Source: Nitrospiraceae bacterium
Lineage (GTDB): Bacteria; Nitrospirota; Thermodesulfovibrionia; UBA6902
DNA: 64,000 nucleotides
Reading direction: 5' to 3'
Assembly (NCBI GenBank): GCA_003599505.1
Contig: QZKO01000018.1
Location: 26,280-90,279, forward strand
Shown here: piece by piece, positions 56,735 to 64,000 of the stretch
Numbering within the stretch: position 1 is the first letter of the stretch
Layout of the letters: each line of letters begins with the position of its first letter
Position numbers and translations under genes: made by a program
Notes under the pieces: model-generated
Databases searched by the model: none
Told to the model about the DNA's origin: nothing
Seen by the model: the letters and a program-made list of their open reading frames with translations, nothing else

Positions 56735-57865
56735 ATGGCTTTACCGGTAATTCCCCGCGGTGAGATGCCGCCTGATGAAACTCTCGCTTTCCATAAGCAT
56801 GTCTGCCCTCCGGACTTCGGAGGTCCCAACCCTGATCCTCTCAATCCGGACTTAATACTCAGTAGAAACCTGCTCATCAGCATAGACCTTCTGCTGCCTG
56901 AAAACGCCAGAGTACCGATGTGGATAATCGAGGACCCTGATGACCCGGTAAACGGCAGGGTCTTCCCGTCCAAGACCATCCGCATCCCCAGGGGGGCCCT
57001 CGTTAACGCCTTGGTCGGTTGTGAGGGCGGCACCCACACCATCCATTGGCACGGGATTGAGCCGACCCCAATGAATGACGGGGTAGGCAAGCATTCCTTT
57101 GAAGTTGACGGCAATTTTGTTTATCAGTTTCAGCCCCGTGAGGCAGGCACTTATTTTTATCACTGCCACAAGAACACAGTCCTTCACTTCGAGATGGGGC
57201 TTTACGGACTCCTGATAATCGACCCGGATGTGCCCGGCGCGCCTTTCACCGACGGAGGCCCGGGTTTTTGCGCGGCCTTCAGTCCTGCAACAAACCACGT
57301 TATCCCCTATGACGTGGAGGCCTTCTGGGTTGCCGACGAGATTGACTCCAGGTGGCACACCCTGGGGCACGACGACTTTATGCAGGAGTGCGATCCCGAA
57401 AACCCGGTCGATCCGGCCAACTTTACACAGGACGGCTTCCTGAACGATTTCAGGCCTGATATCTTTGTCGTCACAGGCATACCCCGGAGGGTCAACAACC
57501 CCTCACCCTTCAGCGCTGCCGACGATCCGCTTTTCGGGCCCCTCGTGGCGCCTGCACTGCAGGCCGGGCAAACCCTGCTTGCGCGTATCCTTAACGCGGG
57601 CTACACCATACAGCAATTCACCCTCGGCATAGACGCGGAAGTCATCGCTATGGACGGACACGCGTTAGGGGTCCCTCCATTCCAGCAGTACTCAAGTCCC
57701 TTCCGGCTTCCTGCCGGGACGCCTTTTCGTCTCACCACGGCAATGCGTCATGACCTTATAATAACGCCGGCTTCTCCCGGGATATTTCCTGTCACTATAG
57801 AGTATTTTCACTCGGTCAGCGGAAGGAGACTTTTCACAGCCCGGACAGCCATAACGGTAATCTGA
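56735..57865 (+). CDS. Multicopper-oxidase-domain protein B, no signal peptide
   Basis: HTIHWHG, NDGVG, GTYFYHCHKNTVLHFEMGLYG; C-terminal domain lacks Cu motifs. Confidence 0.88.
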   Translation: MALPVIPRGEMPPDETLAFHKHVCPPDFGGPNPDPLNPDLILSRNLLISIDLLLPENARVPMWIIEDPDDPVNGRVFPSKTIRIPRGALVNALVGCEGGTHTIHWHGIEPTPMNDGVGKHSFEVDGNFVYQFQPREAGTYFYHCHKNTVLHFEMGLYGLLIIDPDVPGAPFTDGGPGFCAAFSPATNHVIPYDVEAFWVADEIDSRWHTLGHDDFMQECDPENPVDPANFTQDGFLNDFRPDIFVVTGIPRRVNNPSPFSAADDPLFGPLVAPALQAGQTLLARILNAGYTIQQFTLGIDAEVIAMDGHALGVPPFQQYSSPFRLPAGTPFRLTTAMRHDLIITPASPGIFPVTIEYFHSVSGRRLFTARTAITVI

Positions 57866-57897
57866 CAACAAGCGTCCCTTTGAATATACAGACCGGC

Positions 57898-59904
57898 TCA
57901 ATGATATTTGGCTGCTATAAATTTGTCCGATCCGAGATATTCCACCGCCTTGTTGATATCCTTCCCTCTGCCGACAAGTAAAAGGACGTCCCCTGATTGC
58001 AGGGCAAGGTCAGGCGAAGGGTTCTGATGAATCCTGTCGCCGCGCTGGACCGCCATTATTGTAACTCCTGTCTCTGCGCGCAGATTCAGGTCTTTTATTG
58101 TATGCCCGTTAACTCCTGAAGAACCTTTAATAAGATAGGTATCGGTATCCATGTCCTTTAGAAATTCATATCTTTCAGCAAGAGGTATCCGGGGGAGCCC
58201 GACGGTCCTTAAGACATTGTAACTGTTCTTTCTGATACTCTGAGTGTAATCCGCGACTACGTTCCTCGGGACATTATAATAATGAAGCACCCTTGAGAAT
58301 ATTTCTACTGAAGTCTCAAACTCCTCGGGGATTACCTCATTAGCTCCGAGCGCAATCAGATCTTCCACCTCGGCAAGGTACCTGGTCCTGACAATAATGT
58401 AGATATCGGGGTTTTCATGCCTTGCGATGGAGACTATCATCCTTGCAGAGGCAGGATCGGATATCGCTATAACAAGCATTCTCGCGGTCCTGATATTCAT
58501 TTTATGGAGTATCTCCTTGCTCGTGCCGTCTCCGTAATATATCGGCTCCCCTTTTTTCTTCATCTTCCTCACCGTGTCGCTGTTCATCTCGAGCACCGCG
58601 TAGGAGATGCGGGCCTCTTTCAAAACCTTCGCGAGGTTCCTGCCGTTGAGCCCGAACCCGATAATAATGACATGCTTCTGTCTTTTTCCCGGACGCCCTT
58701 CCGGTTCGGTGACTTTCCTGATCCTGTCGATCCTCTGCATTACCTGTCTCGACACCATCCACCCGGATATTAAAGGCGCCGCCTTAACGATAAACGGCGT
58801 TACAATCATTGTCAGGATGGAAGATGAGAGGAATACCTGATAGAAATCCCCTGTCACAATGCCGGCTGCTTTCCCGGCTATAACAAGCACGAAAGAGAAT
58901 TCCCCGATCTGGGAAAGTCCGATGCCCGTATAAATAGAAGCTCTTAAAGGCGCGCCTATTAAAAGGGGGGAAAGCGTTCCGGTAAATATCTTGATCCCGA
59001 ATATCAGGATAACGGCTGTCACAATTAACGGGAAATTGCCGCTTATATACCCTGTATCCATAAGCATCCCGACCGATACGAAAAACAGGCCGATAAAGCT
59101 GTCCTTGAAAGGCAGCAGGTCCGACATCGCCTGGTGGGCGTACTCTGATTCGGATATTATCAGGCCCGCCAGGAATGCGCCGAGCGCGAGGGAAAGGCCG
59201 AACTTCGAAGTCAGCAGGGCTATACCGAAACAGAGGAGGATGATGGTCGTTATAAATAATTCCCTGCTCCTGGTCCGCACGATCTGATGCAGCAGGCCCG
59301 GCACAAACCAGCTCGCGCTGACAAGCACGACCGCGATAATCAGGGCCGCGTTGCCGATCTTCACCAGCACACTCATTATGTTGATCCCTTCGCCTGATAA
59401 AGCGGGGGTAAGGAGCATCAGCGGGACCACGCAGATATCCTGGAAAATCAGTATGCCGAGCATCATGCGCCCGTGAGGCGAATCCGTCTCGCCCTTTTCA
59501 GCAAGCAGTTTCAGCACGATCGCGGTGCTGCTCAGCGCTATGAGAAAGCCGATAAAGACGGATTTATTGATGTCACGCGTTACATAAAAAGAAGCGGCTG
59601 CCGCAAGCGTTATCGTCAGCAGCACCTGCAGTCCGCCGCCTACCAGCACGGCCTTCCTCATTTTTGTAAGCTTCGCGATCGAGAACTCTATGCCGATTGT
59701 AAAAAGGAGGAGGATGACTCCTACCTCAGCGAGCATCTCTACAGAGTGCGTGTCTTTGACTATGCCGATGCCGTAAGGGCCGATAATCACCCCCGCGACA
59801 AGAAATCCTACGACTGAGGGTATTTTCATCCTGTTGAATAAAAACACCACCATAGCGGACGCCCCGAAAATGATTACCAGAGATTTTAAAAATTCCGATT
59901 CCAT
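57898..59904 (-). CDS. CPA2 (Kef-type) cation/proton antiporter with TrkA_N and TrkA_C domains
   Basis: ALSSTAIVLK, GILIFQD, GAFLAG, QIGEFSFV, IIGFGLNG, YGDGT. Confidence 0.93.
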   Translation of the reverse strand: MESEFLKSLVIIFGASAMVVFLFNRMKIPSVVGFLVAGVIIGPYGIGIVKDTHSVEMLAEVGVILLLFTIGIEFSIAKLTKMRKAVLVGGGLQVLLTITLAAAASFYVTRDINKSVFIGFLIALSSTAIVLKLLAEKGETDSPHGRMMLGILIFQDICVVPLMLLTPALSGEGINIMSVLVKIGNAALIIAVVLVSASWFVPGLLHQIVRTRSRELFITTIILLCFGIALLTSKFGLSLALGAFLAGLIISESEYAHQAMSDLLPFKDSFIGLFFVSVGMLMDTGYISGNFPLIVTAVILIFGIKIFTGTLSPLLIGAPLRASIYTGIGLSQIGEFSFVLVIAGKAAGIVTGDFYQVFLSSSILTMIVTPFIVKAAPLISGWMVSRQVMQRIDRIRKVTEPEGRPGKRQKHVIIIGFGLNGRNLAKVLKEARISYAVLEMNSDTVRKMKKKGEPIYYGDGTSKEILHKMNIRTARMLVIAISDPASARMIVSIARHENPDIYIIVRTRYLAEVEDLIALGANEVIPEEFETSVEIFSRVLHYYNVPRNVVADYTQSIRKNSYNVLRTVGLPRIPLAERYEFLKDMDTDTYLIKGSSGVNGHTIKDLNLRAETGVTIMAVQRGDRIHQNPSPDLALQSGDVLLLVGRGKDINKAVEYLGSDKFIAAKYH

Positions 59905-60020
59905 GTTTTCCGCATAGTATAAATTATGCGTGGCTCAAGCGCAAATCTGCATTCACCTCAAGACAGGCGAAGGGCAAATGGCGAAAGTCCCAAGGTTTTA
60001 AGATGGGGGGCAAGCGCGGG

Positions 60021-61091
60021 TTATATACAGCACCCTCTTATGGTGTCTTCCAGCGCGGAAAGAGAGGCTTTTATCTTTATGGGCTTGGCGGAAATCTTTA
60101 AGGCGTTGTCGGGGTCTTTCAGTCCATGCCCTGTGAGGGTGCAGACGATGGTGTCTCCTTTTCTGAAATAGTCCTGCTTCGATAATTTTATTACGCCTGC
60201 CAGAGACGCCGCGGAAGCGGGCTCGCAGAAGATCCCTTCTCTTGACGCGATAAATTTATACGCCTCTAAAATTTCATCGTCGGTTACGGAGTCGATTCTC
60301 CCTCCGGATTCGTCCCTCGCCGCCTCCGCGCTCTTCCAGCTTGCGGGGTTGCCTATCCTGATGGCCGTGGCGACCGTCTCCGGCTTTGTCACGGGATGCC
60401 CCAGCACAATCGGCGCCGCGCCTGCGGCCTGAAACCCTATCATCTTCGGCAGGGAGCTGATCTTCCCCGCTGAACGGTATTCTTTGTAGCCCTTCCAGTA
60501 GGCGGTTATGTTCCCGGCGTTGCCCACCGGAAGCGCATGATAAACCGGCGGCTTCCCCAGATGGTCACAGACCTCAAAAGCCGCTGTCTTCTGTCCTTCT
60601 ATTCTGAAGGGGTTCAGGGAATTCACGAGCACGATAGGGTATTTTGCGACAATCTCCTTGACCATCCTGAGGGCGTCGTCAAAATTCCCGTCAATCTGTA
60701 TTACCATCGCGCCGTGTATCATGGCCTGGGCCAGTTTTCCCATGGCTATCTTTCCTTCAGGGATAATTACTATGCAGGATATGCCGGCCCGCGCGGAATA
60801 CGCGGAAGCGGAAGCTGATGTATTGCCGGTCGACGCGCAGATGACCGCCCTTGCCTTCTCCTCCGCGGCCTTTGAGATCGCGAGCGTCATCCCCCGGTCT
60901 TTGAAAGAGCCGGTGGGGTTCGTTCCCTCAAATTTAAAATATATGCTTATCTCTTCCTTTATGATTTCCTGAATATGGGAAGCGGCCAGCAGAGGGGTGT
61001 TCCCTTCATTAAGAGTAATGACGGGCGTTTTTTCACTTACGGGGAGAAACCCGCCGTATCTGTTGATCAATCCATGCCAGGGCCGCGTCAT
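60021..61091 (-). CDS. thrC: Threonine synthase
   Basis: [47 protein letters not shown]. Confidence 0.95.
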   Translation of the reverse strand: MTRPWHGLINRYGGFLPVSEKTPVITLNEGNTPLLAASHIQEIIKEEISIYFKFEGTNPTGSFKDRGMTLAISKAAEEKARAVICASTGNTSASASAYSARAGISCIVIIPEGKIAMGKLAQAMIHGAMVIQIDGNFDDALRMVKEIVAKYPIVLVNSLNPFRIEGQKTAAFEVCDHLGKPPVYHALPVGNAGNITAYWKGYKEYRSAGKISSLPKMIGFQAAGAAPIVLGHPVTKPETVATAIRIGNPASWKSAEAARDESGGRIDSVTDDEILEAYKFIASREGIFCEPASAASLAGVIKLSKQDYFRKGDTIVCTLTGHGLKDPDNALKISAKPIKIKASLSALEDTIRGCCI

Positions 61092-61327
61092 TATTCTATT
61101 ATGTCGCCTTCCACGAGCTCCACGTTAACACCCTGCTGCCTGAGAGACTCAATGCCCTTGTTAATGCTTTCCTGGGGACCTTCCAGCTCAAGGATCATCT
61201 CGCCGGCGGTTTCAGTCACGCGCGCCCTTCTTATATTCGGCATGATGTCGTATTTCTTCGCCATGGCGAATATGACAGGCTCCCTTATGAGATGCTGCGG
61301 AAACGTCAGTTTTACTCTCGTCTTCAT
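61091..61327 (-). CDS. Stand-alone NIL domain protein
   Basis: LTFP...EPVI....[13 protein letters not shown]....GEMILEL.G. Confidence 0.88.
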   Translation of the reverse strand: MKTRVKLTFPQHLIREPVIFAMAKKYDIMPNIRRARVTETAGEMILELEGPQESINKGIESLRQQGVNVELVEGDIIE

Positions 61328-61394
61328 TATGCTCCCCTTTTTAAATCAGCTTTAAGCTATTAGCAATCAACAGTCAGTTGCTTACGGCAGACCG

Positions 61395-61688
61395 CTAAAT
61401 GCTGATCGCTGTAATAATGCCTCCTGCAATCGCAGGGACTATGGAAACTTCGTCACCGTCTTTGACCACGGTCTCCTCGTTTTTAAGGAACCTCACATCT
61501 TCTTCATTCACATACACATTCACAAACCTTCTCAGTTTTCCGGCCTCGGATATCCTTTCACCCAGCCCGGGATACTTGCTGTCGAGTGTGTTGATCAGCG
61601 ATATGACCGTGCCCGGGTCGCCTTCGACCTCGTCCTTCCCTTTTGTCAGTCTCTGAAGGGGGACAGGTATTTTTACCTTTACCGCCAT
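61395..61688 (-). CDS. MoaD/ThiS-family sulfur carrier with extension after Gly-Gly
   Basis: RRFVNVYVNEEDVRF...VPAIAGG-IITAISI. Confidence 0.92.
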   Translation of the reverse strand: MAVKVKIPVPLQRLTKGKDEVEGDPGTVISLINTLDSKYPGLGERISEAGKLRRFVNVYVNEEDVRFLKNEETVVKDGDEVSIVPAIAGGIITAISI

Positions 61689-61750
61689 TCTGTATTCCTC
61701 CTTATAACTTTATCTGTATAATCTTCTTATCATCTACGTAATCAGAAGTT

Positions 61751-62989
61751 TTATTTCTCATTTATCTTCTTCAGCGCTTCTTCAAAAGACTTCATGTTGG
61801 GCTGAATATAATGAGGCTCGCCCGTGTGTCCCATGATGGCTTCCTTTGTCTTGAGACCGTTTCCGGTGATGCAGAGGACCGTTAAATCGTCTTCCTTAAT
61901 GTAGCCTCCCTTTATCAGCTTAATCGCGGAGGCCAGGGTGACTCCCCCCGCTGTCTCGGCAAATATTCCTTCTGTTCTTGCAAGGAGCTTTATCGCGTCG
62001 ATAATCTCCTGGTCCGGGACATCTTCCCCGAATCCGCCGCTCTCCCTTACGACATTCGTAGCGTAATAACCGTCCGCCGGGTTCCCGATCGCGAGTGATT
62101 TGGCGATTGTATCGGGCTTCACCGGTTTTATGACGTCAACGCCCGATTTTATGGCGGTGACGATCGGCGCGCAGCCCGTCGCCTGCGCGGAAAATACCTT
62201 TGTGCGCAATTCGTCAATCAGCCCGATCTGCTTCATTTCCTTGAAACTCTTCCATATCTTGGTCAGCAAAGAACCGCTCGCGGAAGGGACAACCACCGCG
62301 TCAGGCGCCTTCCAGCCAAGCTGTTCAAGTATCTCGTAACCCTGTGTCTTTGAACCTTCCGCGTAAAAAGGCCTGATATTTATGTTTACAAACGCCCAGC
62401 GGTATTTATTTGCCACTTCACTGCACAGCCTGTTGACATCGTCATAATTACCGTCAACAGCGATCAGGTTAGGCTCATACACAAGTGACGCGACTATCTT
62501 GCTGCGTTCAAGGGTCGCTGGGATGAAAATAAATCTCTTGAAGCCGTCTGCCGCGCCGTGGGCCGATACCGAATGCGCCAGGTTGCCGGTAGACGCGCAT
62601 GCCACCGTATCGAACCCGAATTCCCTGGCCTTGGAAAGCGCGACAGCCACCACGCGGTCCTTGAATGAAAGGGTCGGATGGGTGACCGTGTCGTCTTTTA
62701 TATAAAGTTCTTTTACCCCGATAATCTTTGCGAGCTTATTCGCCTTTACGAGAGGCGTGAATCCTGAATTGAGACCGCTCGCGGGCTCTCCGTCAATCGG
62801 CAGCAGTTCTATGTATCGCCACAAATTCTGCGGCCTCGACAGAATTTTCTCTCTTGTCAGAACTTTCTTTATTCCGTCATAATCGTAAACTACTTCAAGA
62901 GGACCAAAGCAGAATTCGCAAACATAAACAGGGTCAACGGCGTATTCCCTTCCGCATTCCCTGCATTTCAGTCCTTTAACATACCCCAT
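61751..62989 (-). CDS. Threonine-synthase-like PLP enzyme (possible sulfur-carrier-dependent O-phosphohomoserine sulfhydrylase)
   Basis: N-terminal CRECG..CEFC; HPTLSFKDRV, CASTGNLA, SLAIGNPADG, ITGNGLK; adjacent to MoaD and MoeB. Confidence 0.85.
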   Translation of the reverse strand: MGYVKGLKCRECGREYAVDPVYVCEFCFGPLEVVYDYDGIKKVLTREKILSRPQNLWRYIELLPIDGEPASGLNSGFTPLVKANKLAKIIGVKELYIKDDTVTHPTLSFKDRVVAVALSKAREFGFDTVACASTGNLAHSVSAHGAADGFKRFIFIPATLERSKIVASLVYEPNLIAVDGNYDDVNRLCSEVANKYRWAFVNINIRPFYAEGSKTQGYEILEQLGWKAPDAVVVPSASGSLLTKIWKSFKEMKQIGLIDELRTKVFSAQATGCAPIVTAIKSGVDVIKPVKPDTIAKSLAIGNPADGYYATNVVRESGGFGEDVPDQEIIDAIKLLARTEGIFAETAGGVTLASAIKLIKGGYIKEDDLTVLCITGNGLKTKEAIMGHTGEPHYIQPNMKSFEEALKKINEK

Positions 62990-63144
62990 TTTGAGTCCTC
63001 CGTAAAAAAGCTGACAGCTTTAAGCTATAAGCGTTAAGCCAGGCTCACTGAAAAAATTATTTAATCTTATCACATTCCGATACAAGGATGCTCTGAAAAA
63101 ATTAATATCCTTTTGCTGAAAGCCGACAGTTCATAGCTGTTCAG

Positions 63145-63945
63145 CTATATCGAGCAGTACTGCTCCGGTATATCCGACAGCTCCTTGATTTTCGGATTTT
63201 TACCGCACATCGGGCAATCGGTATTTTTCGGAATTTTTACCTTTCTGAAGTTTACGCCGAGTGCGTCATATATCAGTAATTCACCCTTTAAAGGCTTGCC
63301 TTTGCCCAAGATCAGCTTGAGGACCTCGGTTGCCTGAAGCGCGCCGATTACCCCGGGCAGGACCCCTAACACACCGGCCTCCTGGCATGACGGAACAAGG
63401 CCCGCCGGCGGCGGCTCTTCAAAGAGACAGCGGTAACACGGGCCGTCTCCCGGCATTATGGTCGTAACCTGTCCCTCAAACCGGAGAATGGCCCCGCTTA
63501 CCAGGGGTTTTTTCAGCATGACACAAGCGTCGTTGATAAGATACCGCGTAGGAAAATTATCGGTCCCGTCCACGACGATATCATAGTCTTTTATCAGACC
63601 GATAATATTCTTGCTGTTGATCCTCTCCTTCACGGCGATGACATTGACGTCCGGATTCAGCGATTCGAATGTCTGCTTTGCCGAGTCGGCCTTGTTTACG
63701 CCGAGCGTCTTTACGCTGTGCGCTATCTGTCTCTGCAGGTTGCTCAGCTCCACCACGTCATTGTCCACAAGCGCAAGGGTCCCTATGCCCGCTGCGGCAA
63801 GATAATACCCGACAGGACAGCCGAGCCCTCCCGCGCCTACTATAAGGACCCTGGCATCCGATATCTTCTGCTGACCCTTGCCCCCGACTTCAGGGAGGAT
63901 TATATGCCTGCTGTACCTTTTCAGTTGTTCTTCTGTAAATTCCAT
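63145..63945 (-). CDS. moeB: MoeB/ThiF-family sulfur-carrier adenylyltransferase
   Basis: RYSRHI, GAGGLG, SNLQRQ, DGTDNF.TRY, CYRC, PSCQEAGV, CPMC. Confidence 0.93.
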   Translation of the reverse strand: MEFTEEQLKRYSRHIILPEVGGKGQQKISDARVLIVGAGGLGCPVGYYLAAAGIGTLALVDNDVVELSNLQRQIAHSVKTLGVNKADSAKQTFESLNPDVNVIAVKERINSKNIIGLIKDYDIVVDGTDNFPTRYLINDACVMLKKPLVSGAILRFEGQVTTIMPGDGPCYRCLFEEPPPAGLVPSCQEAGVLGVLPGVIGALQATEVLKLILGKGKPLKGELLIYDALGVNFRKVKIPKNTDCPMCGKNPKIKELSDIPEQYCSI

Positions 63946-64000
63946 CAGTCCTCAACCTCTTTTCTTACCCGGACAATCCATTCCTTCGGGCTTATTTTAT
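63945..64000 (-). CDS. 3' end of an upstream gene, possibly TusA/SirA family
   Basis: ...KISPKEWIVRVRKEVED* with TGATG coupling to moeB. Confidence 0.45.
   Translation of the reverse strand, partial: KISPKEWIVRVRKEVED

Noticed and set aside
59926-60020. Possible ncRNA or potassium-related riboswitch upstream of the Kef antiporter
   Set aside because: No recognisable conserved motif; contains heptamer-like repeats and a plausible promoter.
209-63805. Numerous short ORFs antisense to or overlapping clear genes in the ORF track
   Set aside because: Shadow frames of well-supported genes; no motifs or RBS.

Overview
Bacterial chromosomal window. Gene content and PEP-CTERM style suggest Nitrospirota (Thermodesulfovibrionia-like) or a related deltaproteobacteria-like lineage; this is inference. 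Left to right: infC and thrS, both apparently with non-AUG starts. An ~11 kb integrase-less island lies between tRNA-Val(GAC) and thrS, bounded by a 19/21-nt relic copy of the tRNA anticodon arm. It carries a methyltransferase-aminotransferase-TDO-like operon, a cold-shock locus, pirin, thermonuclease, a DUF5678-like/aspartyl-protease pair, a frameshifted PEP-CTERM gene, a MerR-HicB fusion with HicA, and gene fragments. Then pta-ackA, glgP and a second csp. A large flagellar cluster follows (sigma54 activator, fliW-csrA, flgN-K-L, flgM, flgF-J, fliA, flhABFG, fliL-R, fliK-flgDE), with readable sigma54, sigma28 and enhancer-like sites. It is interrupted by an opposite-strand GGDEF plus chemotaxis operon containing a CheW-CheZ fusion. 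The right end has two paralogous secreted proteins with different C-termini, a two-gene multicopper oxidase with complementary copper ligands, a Kef-type antiporter, and a sulfur-carrier (MoeB/MoaD/ThrC-like/NIL) cluster. Best candidates for undescribed biology: the split heteromeric multicopper oxidase, the TDO-aminotransferase-methyltransferase pathway, the CheW-CheZ fusion, and the AUU/AUA-initiated thrS-infC pair. All family assignments are by motif recognition; no searches were run.
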